From IMG/VR virus record IMGVR_UViG_3300045391_004375, positions 1 through 64,000 of that record: DNA of 64,000 bases. One strand, written 5' to 3'. Within the stretch, counting starts at the first letter, position 1; every line of letters starts with the position of its first letter. This DNA comes from a virus (taxonomy: Duplodnaviria; Caudoviricetes). This document shows, piece by piece, positions 1 to 9,194 of the stretch. Position numbers and translations under genes: made by a program. Under the pieces are notes generated by a model. It was given only the letters and a program-made list of their open reading frames with translations. It was not told where the DNA came from and did no database searches.

Positions 1-2
1 CC

Positions 3-197
3 GGCACGATCGGGCACTGGCTGGGCTACGTGGCCGCCGTGCTCGGCCTCATCGTGGCCGCCACGAAGGCCCACGGCGCGGTGACCCCCCTGGCGGATCC
101 GAAGACCCCGGACGGCGACCCGGCCGTCCTGGTGTCGAAAGACGACCTGGCGCAGGCCGCGATCGACCGGGCGAACAGCCAGCCGCCCACCAATTGA
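3..197 (+). CDS. 3' end of holin-like membrane protein (partial)
   Basis: Frame 3 open from the window edge: TM segment WLGYVAAVLGLIVAA, then VTPLADPKTPDG, resembling actinophage holin C-termini; TGA at 195-197. Confidence 0.5.
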   Translation, partial: GTIGHWLGYVAAVLGLIVAATKAHGAVTPLADPKTPDGDPAVLVSKDDLAQAAIDRANSQPPTN

Positions 198-222
198 CAA
201 CTGACCTGTCAAACGCTAGGCT
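194..222 (+). promoter_or_regulatory. sigma70-type promoter overlapped by 17-bp operator
   Basis: TTGACA(194-199)-N17-TAGGCT(217-222); operator TGACAACTGACCTGTCA 195-211. Confidence 0.75.
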
Positions 223-249
223 GGGGTCTCCACCATCAAGGAGGCCCCA

Positions 250-867
250 GTGAGCGAGATCCACGAATCCGACGATCCGGCTTGGACCGCCCGGTTCCTG
301 CGGGTGCTGGCCGACGCCATCGCCGCCGGCATGCCGGTGCCGTACACCGTCACGCCCGGCCGCAACACCCTGCCCGCCGAGCTGCACTTCTCGCGCGGCT
401 CCAAGGCCGAAGTCGACGCGTGGGCCGATCACCTCGACGGTCACCCGGTTGCCGCCATCCAGCACGACGGCGCCATCCTCGACCCCGGGGACGGGTCCGG
501 CGCCTTCCGCACGTACCGCGTCGTCGGAGAGCTGGACGGCCACCCGGTCGAGGTGTGGGCGCCCCTGCCGGCGCAGCCGGAGCCGACTGCCTGCGAGCAC
601 GGCGCCGAGCTGGTCGAGGAGACTCCCAGCGCCTTTCCCGACGGGGAGCCGATTCGTAAGTTCGCCGACGGATGCCTGACCATCGGCCCCTACCCCCACC
701 GTCAGCACCCCAACTGCACGCTGGACGGCGGCGCCGATGTCGAGCCGGAGCCGGCCCGGCCCTACCCCACGTTCAACCTGGGCCCGCTCACCGCCGACGA
801 GCTGGAGCTACTGGGCGTCGAGTTCGGCAACCAGCACCAGCCGGCCGGCCACGACCTGGCAGCCTGA
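250..867 (+). CDS. hypothetical protein
   Basis: GGAGG RBS, GC3-rich codons, downstream of promoter. Confidence 0.7.
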   Translation: MSEIHESDDPAWTARFLRVLADAIAAGMPVPYTVTPGRNTLPAELHFSRGSKAEVDAWADHLDGHPVAAIQHDGAILDPGDGSGAFRTYRVVGELDGHPVEVWAPLPAQPEPTACEHGAELVEETPSAFPDGEPIRKFADGCLTIGPYPHRQHPNCTLDGGADVEPEPARPYPTFNLGPLTADELELLGVEFGNQHQPAGHDLAA

Positions 868-881
868 CCACCACCCGCAGC

Positions 882-912
882 GCCCCGGCCCCGCACGGGC
901 CGGGGCCCGTTT
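882..912 (+). terminator. hairpin terminator
   Basis: 10-bp stem GCCCCGGCCC/GGGCCGGGGC followed by short T run. Confidence 0.5.
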
Positions 913-931
913 CCGCGAAAGGAGCGCCAGC

Positions 932-1090
932 GTGCGGCGCATCTTCCTAGGCCTCATGGTGTTGCTCGTCGTCGCCCCGTGGGGATTCTTCTACTGGGGT
1001 GGCACCATCTCGGCCACCACCGCGCTGATCCTGTCGGCGGTGTGCGCTGCGGTGATCGTCGTCGCGCTGGGCCCCCGGAACCGGCCGTGA
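932..1090 (+). CDS. small membrane protein
   Basis: GTG after AAGGAG; two hydrophobic segments; GTGA overlap with next gene. Confidence 0.65.
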   Translation: MRRIFLGLMVLLVVAPWGFFYWGGTISATTALILSAVCAAVIVVALGPRNRP

Positions 1091-1698
1091 CGGGCCTGCT
1101 GGTGGTCGGCGGGGACATCTCCCTCACCGCCGCCGCCCTGGCGTGGCCGGACGGGGTGGTGCTCACCCACGGCCGGACCGGCCTCACCAACCCGCGCACA
1201 CCGCTGCAGGACCGTGGTCAGGCCATGAAAGGCCTCGTCGTGGAGCTGGCCAACCTGATCACCCGGTGGACTGACGGGGCCGAGGTGCCGGTGTGGCCGA
1301 CGCTGGTCCTGTTCGAGGACTTCCCGCCCGGCAACACCCGCATCGACCCGGAGCGCGGCTACCTGTGGTGGTCCCTGGTCAACCTGATGGGCCACTACGG
1401 CGTGCCGGTCCTGCCGGTGCCTCCGTCGAACCTCAAGCAGTACGCCTGCGGCATGGGTAACGCCAACAAGCGCGAGGTGATCGCGGGCGTGACCGAGTGG
1501 TTCCCGCAGTTCGAGATCCGCCGCACCTCGAAGGCGGGCCGGCCGCTGACCACGTTCGACGACAACAAGGCCGATGCGGTGACCTTGATGGCGATGGGGT
1601 GCGAACTGCTGGGCGAGCCGCTGGTGGAGCTGCCGGCGAAGCATCGCAAGGCCCTCGACGCGCTGGAGTTGCCGCCCGGGGTGCGCCTGCCGGGGTAA
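1087..1698 (+). CDS. ruvC: RuvC-like Holliday junction resolvase
   Basis: GGDISLT, LVLFED, VPPSNLKQYACGMGNANKREV, DDNKADAV acidic catalytic motifs. Confidence 0.85.
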   Translation: MTGLLVVGGDISLTAAALAWPDGVVLTHGRTGLTNPRTPLQDRGQAMKGLVVELANLITRWTDGAEVPVWPTLVLFEDFPPGNTRIDPERGYLWWSLVNLMGHYGVPVLPVPPSNLKQYACGMGNANKREVIAGVTEWFPQFEIRRTSKAGRPLTTFDDNKADAVTLMAMGCELLGEPLVELPAKHRKALDALELPPGVRLPG

Positions 1699-1701
1699 CG
1701 A

Positions 1702-2163
1702 CTATGTGGGCATCGCGAGGTATGCCTGGGCAGCCTCCCACCACCCATCGCGTTCCACGTAGTGCAAGACCATGTTGCACACCCGGCAGAGCGCGCCACG
1801 CACCTGTCCTGTCTCGTGATTGTGATCCACGGTGTCGGCTGGGCGTTCTCGACAGATCCAGCACAGGCCGTCGAACCGGCCCACCAGTTCTGACCAGAGG
1901 GTGGTGGTGACGCCGTAACGGCGCAGCTTGGCCCGGCTCGCCTTGGTGCCATCAGAGCACACGGCGCACCACTGTTGCCGAGGGCTGGTGGGCTGAAACT
2001 CCTCCCGACAGGCGGCACAGGCCTTCCGTTTGAAGGCGACGGCACGGCTCCGTGCATCCCATGAGCACCGCTGGGAGCAGAACCGACGCGGCTGGGAAGG
2101 CCACGCCTCGAAGGGCTTTCCGCAAGGCGCGTAAGCGCAGTGGCGGATCTGGAGTTTCTTCAC
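1702..2163 (-). CDS. endonuclease VII-family (HNH) homing endonuclease with N-terminal Zn fingers
   Basis: RYGVT..CWIC..VDHNHETGQVRGALCRVCN; inverted relative to neighbours; TACCAT -10 just upstream suggests leaderless mRNA. Confidence 0.85.
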   Translation of the reverse strand: MKKLQIRHCAYAPCGKPFEAWPSQPRRFCSQRCSWDARSRAVAFKRKACAACREEFQPTSPRQQWCAVCSDGTKASRAKLRRYGVTTTLWSELVGRFDGLCWICRERPADTVDHNHETGQVRGALCRVCNMVLHYVERDGWWEAAQAYLAMPT

Positions 2164-2266
2164 GTTGAAATGGTAGACCGTAGGTCGCTTTTACATGAAG
2201 GAGTACGCTTGAGGGAGTGGAACGCGGGCGCCGGTCGCTCGCCGAACCGGGGAGGTGAGCCAGACT

Positions 2267-2462
2267 GTGCCAGGTCGACGTAAGCACGGACTCCCGCAGG
2301 GATTCGTGAGCAAGGCACAGTGGTTACCGGCGTTACTTTTTTGCCAACCCCCGGCTGCGCCGGTACGCGAAGAAGGAGGCCCACAAGGTCATCGCCCGCC
2401 GAGGCAAGATCATCGGATACCGGTCGCTGCCCCGGCGTAGGGGCGTGCGCAAGCGCATCTGA
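2267..2462 (+). pseudogene. small basic protein gene broken by a +1 frameshift near 2323-2342
   Basis: GGAGGT RBS, GTG 2267 gives MPGRRKHGLPQGFVSKAQW; high-GC3 continuation RRYFFANPRLRRYAKKEAHKV..RKRI* lies in another frame with no start of its own. Confidence 0.45.
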
Positions 2463-2466
2463 GGGC

Positions 2467-2496
2467 TTGACAACTGAGTTGTCAGGGTGGTACGCT
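2467..2496 (+). promoter_or_regulatory. promoter with perfect operator
   Basis: TTGACA-N18-TACGCT; TGACAACTGAGTTGTCA 2468-2484. Confidence 0.75.
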
Positions 2497-2534
2497 TGCT
2501 CTGCAAGCGAAAGTCCACCGCCCAGGAGGCCCCC

Positions 2535-3113
2535 ATGTCTGCCACGCTCGCCACCGCCGCAACGTCCGTCTCCCCCGCGTACGCCACCGAGTCGCAGGCC
2601 GCCAAGGCCAAGACCTGGACGATCGCGTGGCGCAAGCCCCGCGCCAACCGGTTCCAGCGCGCCACCAACTGGGCCGGCACCTGGGCCGAGGCGTTCGAGA
2701 TGGCGCAGGCCTTCGGTGAGCTGCACCCGGACCTCCAGGTGTACTACACGACCAGCCTGGCGCACGAGCAGGCCGAGACCGTCGAGCTGCCCCGGCGGGT
2801 GGCCGCCGGTGAGATCTCCCAGGAGCTGGCGGACAGCTACCTGGAAGACCACGGCAACATCCTGGTCGACTCCGGCAAGCGGGTCCGCATCTTCGACAAC
2901 GGCGTGATCGAGGCCGGACTCCTCGACACCGAGATCAACGACGTGGCCGCGTTCATGTACCGCGAATCCCACACCGTCCCCGGATTCCGCACGCTGGCCG
3001 ACTGCCGGGCCTGGGCCCGCAACGTCCGCGTGGTCAACTCGAAGACGTTCGCCGAGATGGTGACCATTGCCGGCACCGCCCAGGACCGGTTCGCCAAGCG
3101 GGCCGAGCGGTGA
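2535..3113 (+). CDS. hypothetical protein
   Basis: AGGAGG RBS, ATG 2535. Confidence 0.75.
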   Translation: MSATLATAATSVSPAYATESQAAKAKTWTIAWRKPRANRFQRATNWAGTWAEAFEMAQAFGELHPDLQVYYTTSLAHEQAETVELPRRVAAGEISQELADSYLEDHGNILVDSGKRVRIFDNGVIEAGLLDTEINDVAAFMYRESHTVPGFRTLADCRAWARNVRVVNSKTFAEMVTIAGTAQDRFAKRAER

Positions 3114-3147
3114 ACGCGCCAGTGAAGTCCGCCACTCAGGAGGCCCC

Positions 3148-3339
3148 ATGAGCTACGCCGATCGCGACCACCCGTTGAACGAGATCAACGATGGCCTGGA
3201 AAAGGCCTTTGCGCCACTGCATCGGACCTTCGTCGAAGCCGCGCCCCTCGTGGCGTGCGCGCTGGCCCGTGAGATGGTCCGACTGATGCGGCCGGAGACC
3301 ACGAACCGGACGAAGACGAAGACGAATAGCCCGATGTGA
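3148..3339 (+). CDS. hypothetical protein
   Basis: AGGAGG RBS. Confidence 0.65.
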   Translation: MSYADRDHPLNEINDGLEKAFAPLHRTFVEAAPLVACALAREMVRLMRPETTNRTKTKTNSPM

Positions 3340-3370
3340 CGATCATGGCCCGGTGGGGTACCACCGGGCC

Positions 3371-3520
3371 ATGACGCTTGCAGCCGTGCTGTTCCTCATC
3401 GCGGGTGTGCTCGGCGTGGTCTCGATCTTCGTCGTGTCGCCCCGCTACAACCTGCTGGCCGGCGCGGTCGCCTTGACCGCCTTCGGCCTGTTCTGCTCCA
3501 CCGCCGGCATCGGCAGTTAA
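3371..3520 (+). CDS. small membrane protein
   Basis: 49 aa, two hydrophobic helices. Confidence 0.6.
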   Translation: MTLAAVLFLIAGVLGVVSIFVVSPRYNLLAGAVALTAFGLFCSTAGIGS

Positions 3521-3795
3521 TCGTCCTGGTAGTGGCCCTCCAGCAGGAGCGTGCAGGCCCGCACCAGGCCGAGTAGGTGATGCCAGGACGGCCGCATCTC
3601 CGGCACCAGCCAGGCGTACCGGGTGCCTTCGCTGTCCGGGCTGCTCGACGCGGTCAACACCACCCAGTCGGTGACCATCCGGTGGTCGCCGAACACCCGC
3701 TGGTAGTTGCTGATCGCCGCGTCGAGCTGGCGCACCGCCTCCAGCTTCTCCGGGGTGTCGTGGATGTACTCCCCGCTGCCCTCGGATTCGGTCAC
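3517..3795 (-). CDS. hypothetical protein
   Basis: GTG start, overlaps upstream stop, coding bias. Confidence 0.65.
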   Translation of the reverse strand: MTESEGSGEYIHDTPEKLEAVRQLDAAISNYQRVFGDHRMVTDWVVLTASSSPDSEGTRYAWLVPEMRPSWHHLLGLVRACTLLLEGHYQDD

Positions 3796-4022
3796 TGCGC
3801 CCCTCCAGCCGGCCGCTTGCGGCGCGAGCGGCGCCGGTTGGTGCTCGGCACTGCGCGTGGGTCCCCGGCCCTCCTGGCGCGCATCAGGGCCCGCTTGAAG
3901 GTGTACCGGGCCATGCCGAGCCGGTCGGCCACCTCTTCGTAGCTGTCGCCGAGGGGGGCGCGCTGCTGCCATTCGTTCAACAGTTCATCCCGGGACACCC
4001 CGGGCTGGTCGCCGAGCATCAC
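3792..4022 (-). CDS. small HTH-like DNA-binding protein
   Basis: SYEEVADRLGMARYTFKRALMRARRAGDPRAV. Confidence 0.6.
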   Translation of the reverse strand: MMLGDQPGVSRDELLNEWQQRAPLGDSYEEVADRLGMARYTFKRALMRARRAGDPRAVPSTNRRRSRRKRPAGGAQ

Positions 4023-4567
4023 GACCCGCCGGGGGCGTCCCGCTCGGTGACCTGGTACTCCGACTCGACACCCGCGCCTTCCGGGTCCTCGTCGTCCTCG
4101 ACGGTGATCTCCATCGGCGGTTCGGTCAACGGCTTGTACCGGGTAACCCACCGGCTGGCCGCGTTGACCAGCTCGTCGTACAGCGCCTGACCCTGCGAGG
4201 TGGGTGGGTCCGCGTCCACGCGGGGATCGGCCTGCGGAATCATCATGATCACGGTGTATGCCGCGTTCAGGGCGTCGCGCTGGTCGCTGAGCCGGCGCAC
4301 CAGGTCCCGCTGCACCGCCGAGTCGTAGGTGGTGTTGTTCGCCTCGTCGCCCCGGCCGGGCTCACGGATCCCGTCGTACCACCGGGCGCGCCACCGGACG
4401 CTCCTGTTGAACGCGTCGAGTGCATCGATCAGGACTCGGGCCAGGATGAAGTCCGGCGTGTTCGAGACGTTCTCGGCGGAGTGCCGGTTCAGCAGGCGGG
4501 CCAGCTCCCGCTCCAGCCCCTCGGCCGGGGTGATCTGGTCGGTCAACTGGCTGTTGTCGGTGTGCAT
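4019..4567 (-). CDS. hypothetical phage protein
   Basis: ENVSNTPDFILA motif common in phage proteins; operonic overlaps. Confidence 0.65.
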   Translation of the reverse strand: MHTDNSQLTDQITPAEGLERELARLLNRHSAENVSNTPDFILARVLIDALDAFNRSVRWRARWYDGIREPGRGDEANNTTYDSAVQRDLVRRLSDQRDALNAAYTVIMMIPQADPRVDADPPTSQGQALYDELVNAASRWVTRYKPLTEPPMEITVEDDEDPEGAGVESEYQVTERDAPGGS

Positions 4568-4575
4568 GGTGCCCC

Positions 4576-5304
4576 CTACAGGTTGCGATTGTCGACGTAG
4601 CCGGCCGGCTGCCGCCAGTGCCCGTGCTCGGCGTGGGCCAGGTAGTAGCGCTGCTCCGTGGTCAGCTTGTCCGGGTCCTCGTACCAGGGCAGGTGCACCG
4701 CCTCGACGTGGGCCAGCCGGACCGCCGGGTCGATCGCGTACGGGCGCAACCGCGGGTACATGGCCACTGTGGTGTCCACTGACGCCTCGAAGTACCACAG
4801 GTTGCTCCCGGCCGCCTTGCGCAGCCGGTCCGGGGTGCGGTACTGCGACTCCCACCGGTGGATCTGCTCGGTGCGCTCGATCTCCGGCGGGAGGTCCTGG
4901 ATGCGCAGGCTCAGTCCGGCCTTGACCACGTCGTGGCGGGCGTCGAGCAGTACACCGAGTTGGGTCACCCAGTCCACATCGGTGGGCACCACGATGTCGC
5001 AGTCGGTGACGATGAAGCGTTCCTCCGGCCGCACGATCGCGGCCAGGGTGCCGTTGGTCCAGATGTCACGCGGGTGCGCGTTGGGCTTCCAGTGCACGTG
5101 GATCCGCCCGTTCGGCTCCGCGCCCGGGTAGGCGTCGGACGCCCCGTAGGGGCCGGCCACCTGGCCAAGCCAGGTCAGCATCGGCTCGTATGTCGAGCCG
5201 TGGTCGACGATGTGAATGTCGGTGACGCCCGCGCTGTCCATCAGCGCGCGAACGCACTGCTTGGCGTAGCTGACCCGGTCCCGGGTGATGACGATGACCT
5301 TCAT
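4576..5304 (-). CDS. glycosyltransferase family 2
   Basis: VIVITRDR..IHIVDHGST..FIVTDCD (GT-A, DxD). Confidence 0.85.
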   Translation of the reverse strand: MKVIVITRDRVSYAKQCVRALMDSAGVTDIHIVDHGSTYEPMLTWLGQVAGPYGASDAYPGAEPNGRIHVHWKPNAHPRDIWTNGTLAAIVRPEERFIVTDCDIVVPTDVDWVTQLGVLLDARHDVVKAGLSLRIQDLPPEIERTEQIHRWESQYRTPDRLRKAAGSNLWYFEASVDTTVAMYPRLRPYAIDPAVRLAHVEAVHLPWYEDPDKLTTEQRYYLAHAEHGHWRQPAGYVDNRNL

Positions 5305-5318
5305 GTCCTGCCTTTCGG

Positions 5319-5456
5319 TCATGGATTGAGGTGGATGCGTGGTGGCCACTCCAGCTGGCCGGACGCCAGGGCGTAGGCGTACAGGATGATCGCCAGCACG
5401 ACCAGGCCGACCAGGATCGGCAGGCCCGGCCACTTCGGGCGCTGGTCGCCGCTCAC
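5319..5456 (-). CDS. small membrane protein
   Basis: single TM LPILVGLVVLAIILYAYAL. Confidence 0.55.
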   Translation of the reverse strand: MSGDQRPKWPGLPILVGLVVLAIILYAYALASGQLEWPPRIHLNP

Positions 5457-6115
5457 CGCTGCGCGTCCCCCCGGGTGGGCAGCCCGGAGGTGTTGCCCTC
5501 GTGAACCTGGTAGGTCCAGGTGACCTCGCCGGTGCCGACGAACCGGGCGCGCAGGTCGCGCAGGCGGAGCTGGAACATCCAGTCCTCGCCGGACCATTCC
5601 TGGTGCAGCGGCCCGTCCGGCAGGACGAACCCGGCCTGGACGGCCAGGCTGGTGCGCACCGTCAAGGTCATGGTCAGGTGGTGTGGTTCGGTCGGGTCGT
5701 ACACCCGGCCCCGGTGCGCCGGAAACGGGTCGTTGCCGTCGAACCAGCTGTAGGCGACGTCGCCACCTTCGTAGTTGGGTCCGCCATGGTCGAGCAGATC
5801 CCGGTGCGCCCGCAGGTGCTGCGGGTACCAGGTGTCGTCACTGTCCAGAAAGGACACCCATTCGGTGCCCAGCTGGGCCGCCGCGTCCAGGCCGGCCTGC
5901 CGGGTCGACTCGGCCCCGTACGGGCCCAGGTCGTGCGCGATCACGATCCACTTCGGCAGGAGTTGCTGGTCGAGCACCGACTGGACGGCCCGGCCCAGCA
6001 GGGTGCCCCGGTCGTGGCTTTCGCCACGGCCGGGGTGGGTGGGGATGACCACGGCGCAGTCGAACCGGCCGCCGGTGATCTCGATCCGCTCGATGGCGGC
6101 CTTCTGTTCGGTCAT
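5453..6115 (-). CDS. glycosyltransferase family 2
   Basis: AVVIPTH..RAVQSVLDQ..WVSFLDSDD..EDW. Confidence 0.85.
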   Translation of the reverse strand: MTEQKAAIERIEITGGRFDCAVVIPTHPGRGESHDRGTLLGRAVQSVLDQQLLPKWIVIAHDLGPYGAESTRQAGLDAAAQLGTEWVSFLDSDDTWYPQHLRAHRDLLDHGGPNYEGGDVAYSWFDGNDPFPAHRGRVYDPTEPHHLTMTLTVRTSLAVQAGFVLPDGPLHQEWSGEDWMFQLRLRDLRARFVGTGEVTWTYQVHEGNTSGLPTRGDAQR

Positions 6116-6471
6116 GGTGCCGACGGCTCCCCACCCTGTACGGGGTGGTTGCCGCCGTCCGGGGCGTGCTGGCACTCGGGGCCGCAGGGGCCGTCCAGGT
6201 GGGCGTACCACGGCGCGCCGTCCGGCGCGCGGAGCGGCTGCCACCGGGTCGGCGGAACGAGCGGGTCGGGCCGGCCGTCCGGCACGTGGCCGTACCGGCC
6301 GAGCCACTCGCGGACGCTGATCGTGGTCAGCTCGACGGCCTCGGCGTCCGTACCGAAGGCGTGACCGATCTCTTCGGCGGTGGCGGCCACGATGACCTTG
6401 CGGTCCATGGTCAGGAAGTGGCCTCGATCCCTGCCGGAGGCGTCGGGGTTAGGCTTCCAGGCTCCGTACAT
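6112..6471 (-). CDS. hypothetical protein (start may be 6408)
   Basis: operonic position, coding bias. Confidence 0.5.
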   Translation of the reverse strand: MYGAWKPNPDASGRDRGHFLTMDRKVIVAATAEEIGHAFGTDAEAVELTTISVREWLGRYGHVPDGRPDPLVPPTRWQPLRAPDGAPWYAHLDGPCGPECQHAPDGGNHPVQGGEPSAP

Positions 6472-6570
6472 TTAGTGCACTCCCTTCCAGAAGACGCCGC
6501 ACACGCACAGCGTGAACAACACCACGATGATCAAGATGGTCTTCCGGCGAGGGTATGCCGGGTCACTCAC
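6472..6570 (-). CDS. small membrane protein
   Basis: 32 aa, TILIIVVLFTLCVCGVFW. Confidence 0.5.
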   Translation of the reverse strand: MSDPAYPRRKTILIIVVLFTLCVCGVFWKGVH

Positions 6571-7289
6571 GATGGCCTCCCATGTTCGTAGACGCCCCAC
6601 CATGCCGCCCAAGGCATGTTGGCATTCCGGCGCAGGGGCATATTGACGTTCTCGGACATCCGGAACACCGGGGGCAGTGACACCTGATCCTGGTGGCAGT
6701 GGAACACGATCTCTGACCACCAGTTCGCGCACACCGCTCTCACGACGTCGGTGTGCCGGCGCACGTTGGCGCCGGTGGCGAACAGCCCCCAGTGGGCAGG
6801 GTGCCCGGCCAGCCAGTAGCGCAGCGCCTGGCCTTCCAGGCTCGCCCGGTCATACCGGGCGAGGGTGGCCGAGAACTCGGCCTCGGCGTAGATGCAGTCC
6901 CGGTACGGGTGCCGGACAGTCACCCAGTCGTCATCCCCGAGCGCCCGCAGGCAGCGGGCCGCATACCCGCCCGCGCCGTCGCCCGGGTAGATGAGCAGCG
7001 AGGCGTCCACCCACAGGGAGACGTCCACGTCGGGCAGCGCCTCGTGCGGATGACACTTCCAGTACTTGTGGGCCATCATCGCCCAGGTGGCCTTGGGGTC
7101 GACCCGCTGCGCGTTCCATTCCTGCTCAGGCATGAAGTGGTCGTCGACCACCCGCACCTCCCAACCCGGCGCCTCGATGCCGGGCTCGTCGGTGTACAGG
7201 ATGGCCGGGCAGCCCAGGTCCGCCGGCAACGGCTTGACGTACTCGTACGCCCCATACAGGGCCGAATACAACGCCACCCGGGTCACCAT
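6567..7289 (-). CDS. DUF616 (TOD1/MUCI70-like) glycosyltransferase
   Basis: LYSALYGAYE..ILYTD..KYWKCHPH..SLWVDAS..HPYRDCIYAEA..DQVSLP. Confidence 0.75.
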   Translation of the reverse strand: MVTRVALYSALYGAYEYVKPLPADLGCPAILYTDEPGIEAPGWEVRVVDDHFMPEQEWNAQRVDPKATWAMMAHKYWKCHPHEALPDVDVSLWVDASLLIYPGDGAGGYAARCLRALGDDDWVTVRHPYRDCIYAEAEFSATLARYDRASLEGQALRYWLAGHPAHWGLFATGANVRRHTDVVRAVCANWWSEIVFHCHQDQVSLPPVFRMSENVNMPLRRNANMPWAAWWGVYEHGRPS

Positions 7290-7675
7290 CGGTACTCCCG
7301 CCACAGTGCCCGCTCCCCGGCCCGCCGGTGCGCCAGGTGCCGCTCGTGGGGCTGCCTGACCGCGTGCTCCACCGGGTCGTACTCGGTGCGCCCGTCGTCG
7401 TCCCACACGTAGTTCTGGTACCGGTGCAGTCCGAGGTGCCCCCGACGCCGGGCGCACCGCCAGTGCGCGTATCCGCCGGTCCGGCCGTGCTCGGGCGCAT
7501 CCGGCCGATGGTTGCAGTAACCCTGGACGACGGCCAGCATGTCCCACCATCGGTTGACCAGCCGATGCCGGTTGACGTGGTAAGCCGAGCGCGCCCGGGT
7601 GTGCAGTGTCCGACGCCACCCCTCGGCCCGGACCTGCCGGCCGAGCTTGCTCCGACGCCACCCACCCGTGGTCAT
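7283..7675 (-). CDS. hypothetical protein
   Basis: operonic overlaps on both sides. Confidence 0.5.
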   Translation of the reverse strand: MTTGGWRRSKLGRQVRAEGWRRTLHTRARSAYHVNRHRLVNRWWDMLAVVQGYCNHRPDAPEHGRTGGYAHWRCARRRGHLGLHRYQNYVWDDDGRTEYDPVEHAVRQPHERHLAHRRAGERALWREYRW

Positions 7676-8532
7676 CTGCCCAGCCTCGGCCGGTAGGAGT
7701 CGATCGTGTCGGCCACGTCCGTCCAGCGGAACACCGGCCGCCAGCCGGCCAGGTCCCAGCCTTCACCCTTCGCCACGATGCTGGTCGGCACCTCGCCCTT
7801 GCGCATCGGTAGCAACTCCACCCCCGCCTTGTTGCCGGTGTGGGCGTTCACGAAGTCGGCCACGTCCAGCACGCTGACCATGGTCCCGGTGCCGGCGTCG
7901 AACACCTCGTCTCGGCCGCCGTACTGGACGGCCGACACCAGCATCCGGGCCACGTCCCGCGTGGTCACCAGGTCCACACCCTGGGTGCCGTCACCCCACA
8001 CCGGCAGCGGCTTGCCCGCCCAGGCCAGGGTCGCGAACGTGGGCAGGATCTTCTGCGGGTGGCCCGGCCCGTGCTTCTGGCCCGGCCCGTGCGCGTTGAA
8101 CGCCCGCACCCGGGACACCGGCATGCCGTAGGCGTGGTGGTAGGCGGCGGCCAGCCGGTCGGCGGCGATCTTCGTCGCCGTGTAGATCGATGGGAACGCG
8201 TCCGGCATGGTGATGCCGGTGAAGCCGGCACCGTTCTTGTGACACCAGTCCAGAATCAGGTTGGTGCCGTGCACGTTGACGTCGATGGCGTTGGTGACGT
8301 CGTCGAACAGCTCAGCCGTGCCGAGCACCCCGGCCAGGTGCACCACGTGGTCAGCGGGCCGGCCCAGCTCCCCCTCGTCGCCGTACGGGTCGCTGAGACC
8401 CTTGTCGAGGGGGCCCAGGATGTCGTCGCCGTGGGCGTGGTCGAACGCCCAGGCGTGGTGTCCGTGGTCCTGGAGGGCCCGTACGGTGGCCGAGCCGAGG
8501 AAACCGGCGCCGCCGGTGACAGCGATTCTCAC
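7672..8532 (-). CDS. NAD-dependent epimerase/dehydratase
   Basis: VTGGAGFLG, HLAG, YTATK (YxxxK), RAFNAHGPG, GDGTQGVDL. Confidence 0.9.
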   Translation of the reverse strand: MRIAVTGGAGFLGSATVRALQDHGHHAWAFDHAHGDDILGPLDKGLSDPYGDEGELGRPADHVVHLAGVLGTAELFDDVTNAIDVNVHGTNLILDWCHKNGAGFTGITMPDAFPSIYTATKIAADRLAAAYHHAYGMPVSRVRAFNAHGPGQKHGPGHPQKILPTFATLAWAGKPLPVWGDGTQGVDLVTTRDVARMLVSAVQYGGRDEVFDAGTGTMVSVLDVADFVNAHTGNKAGVELLPMRKGEVPTSIVAKGEGWDLAGWRPVFRWTDVADTIDSYRPRLGR

Positions 8533-9194
8533 GTGGTCCTGCCTTCTGTGATCAACTTGATGGCATCGGTGGGGGAGACGGCGCCCTTGCGGGCCAGAAT
8601 GTCATCCGGCACCAGCATGTCACCCATGACGTCGTCATCCAACCCGATGATGGGGACACCGGCGGAGCCGGGTCGGCAGAACCCGTCCACCAGCAGTAGG
8701 CCGGTGGGTTCGACGTCCACCAGGGTCGTCCGCAGGCCGGACGTCCGTTCGACGTCCCGCAAGATGGGGATGATCTTCCAGACGTCGCCGGTCCAGTCGC
8801 CCGGGTTGGCCTGCCGGCGGGCCTCCATCTGGTTGCGGGGCAGGACGTCGTCAATGGCCACGACGGTGCCGGCGTGGGCGTACCGGGCGATCGAGACGAA
8901 GTCGAACCAGGCTTCCTCGATCAGGTGCATGCCGTCGATGAACGCGAAGTCCAGGGCCGGCGGCTCGATCTGCGCGAAGTACTCCCGGGAGGTCATGGGG
9001 TAGATCTGGTGTTGGCTGCCCAGCTTGGTGTACGCGACCCCGTGGGGGTCCGGGTCGATGCCCACGGCGTAGCAGTTGGCGGTGGCCAGGTGCAGGCTCA
9101 ACCCGAACTGGACGCCGGTCTCCAGATAGGTGGCCGGCCGGAGTGCCTGGTGCAGTGCGCGGAGCAGTTCGTGCTTGGGCGTGAAGATCACCAT
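8529..9194 (-). CDS. class I SAM-dependent methyltransferase (Methyltransf_24-like)
   Basis: YLETGVQFG, AVGIDP, LDFAFIDGMH, VVAIDD. Confidence 0.8.
   Translation of the reverse strand: MVIFTPKHELLRALHQALRPATYLETGVQFGLSLHLATANCYAVGIDPDPHGVAYTKLGSQHQIYPMTSREYFAQIEPPALDFAFIDGMHLIEEAWFDFVSIARYAHAGTVVAIDDVLPRNQMEARRQANPGDWTGDVWKIIPILRDVERTSGLRTTLVDVEPTGLLLVDGFCRPGSAGVPIIGLDDDVMGDMLVPDDILARKGAVSPTDAIKLITEGRTT

Noticed and set aside
1695-2330. Group I intron carrying the endonuclease and splicing RuvC to the 2310-2462 frame
   Set aside because: No ordered P/Q/R/S core or proper P7; endonuclease is antisense; RuvC looks complete
4541-4560. Additional operator at start of 4019-4567
   Set aside because: Half-site spacing off by one, inside coding sequence, no promoter match
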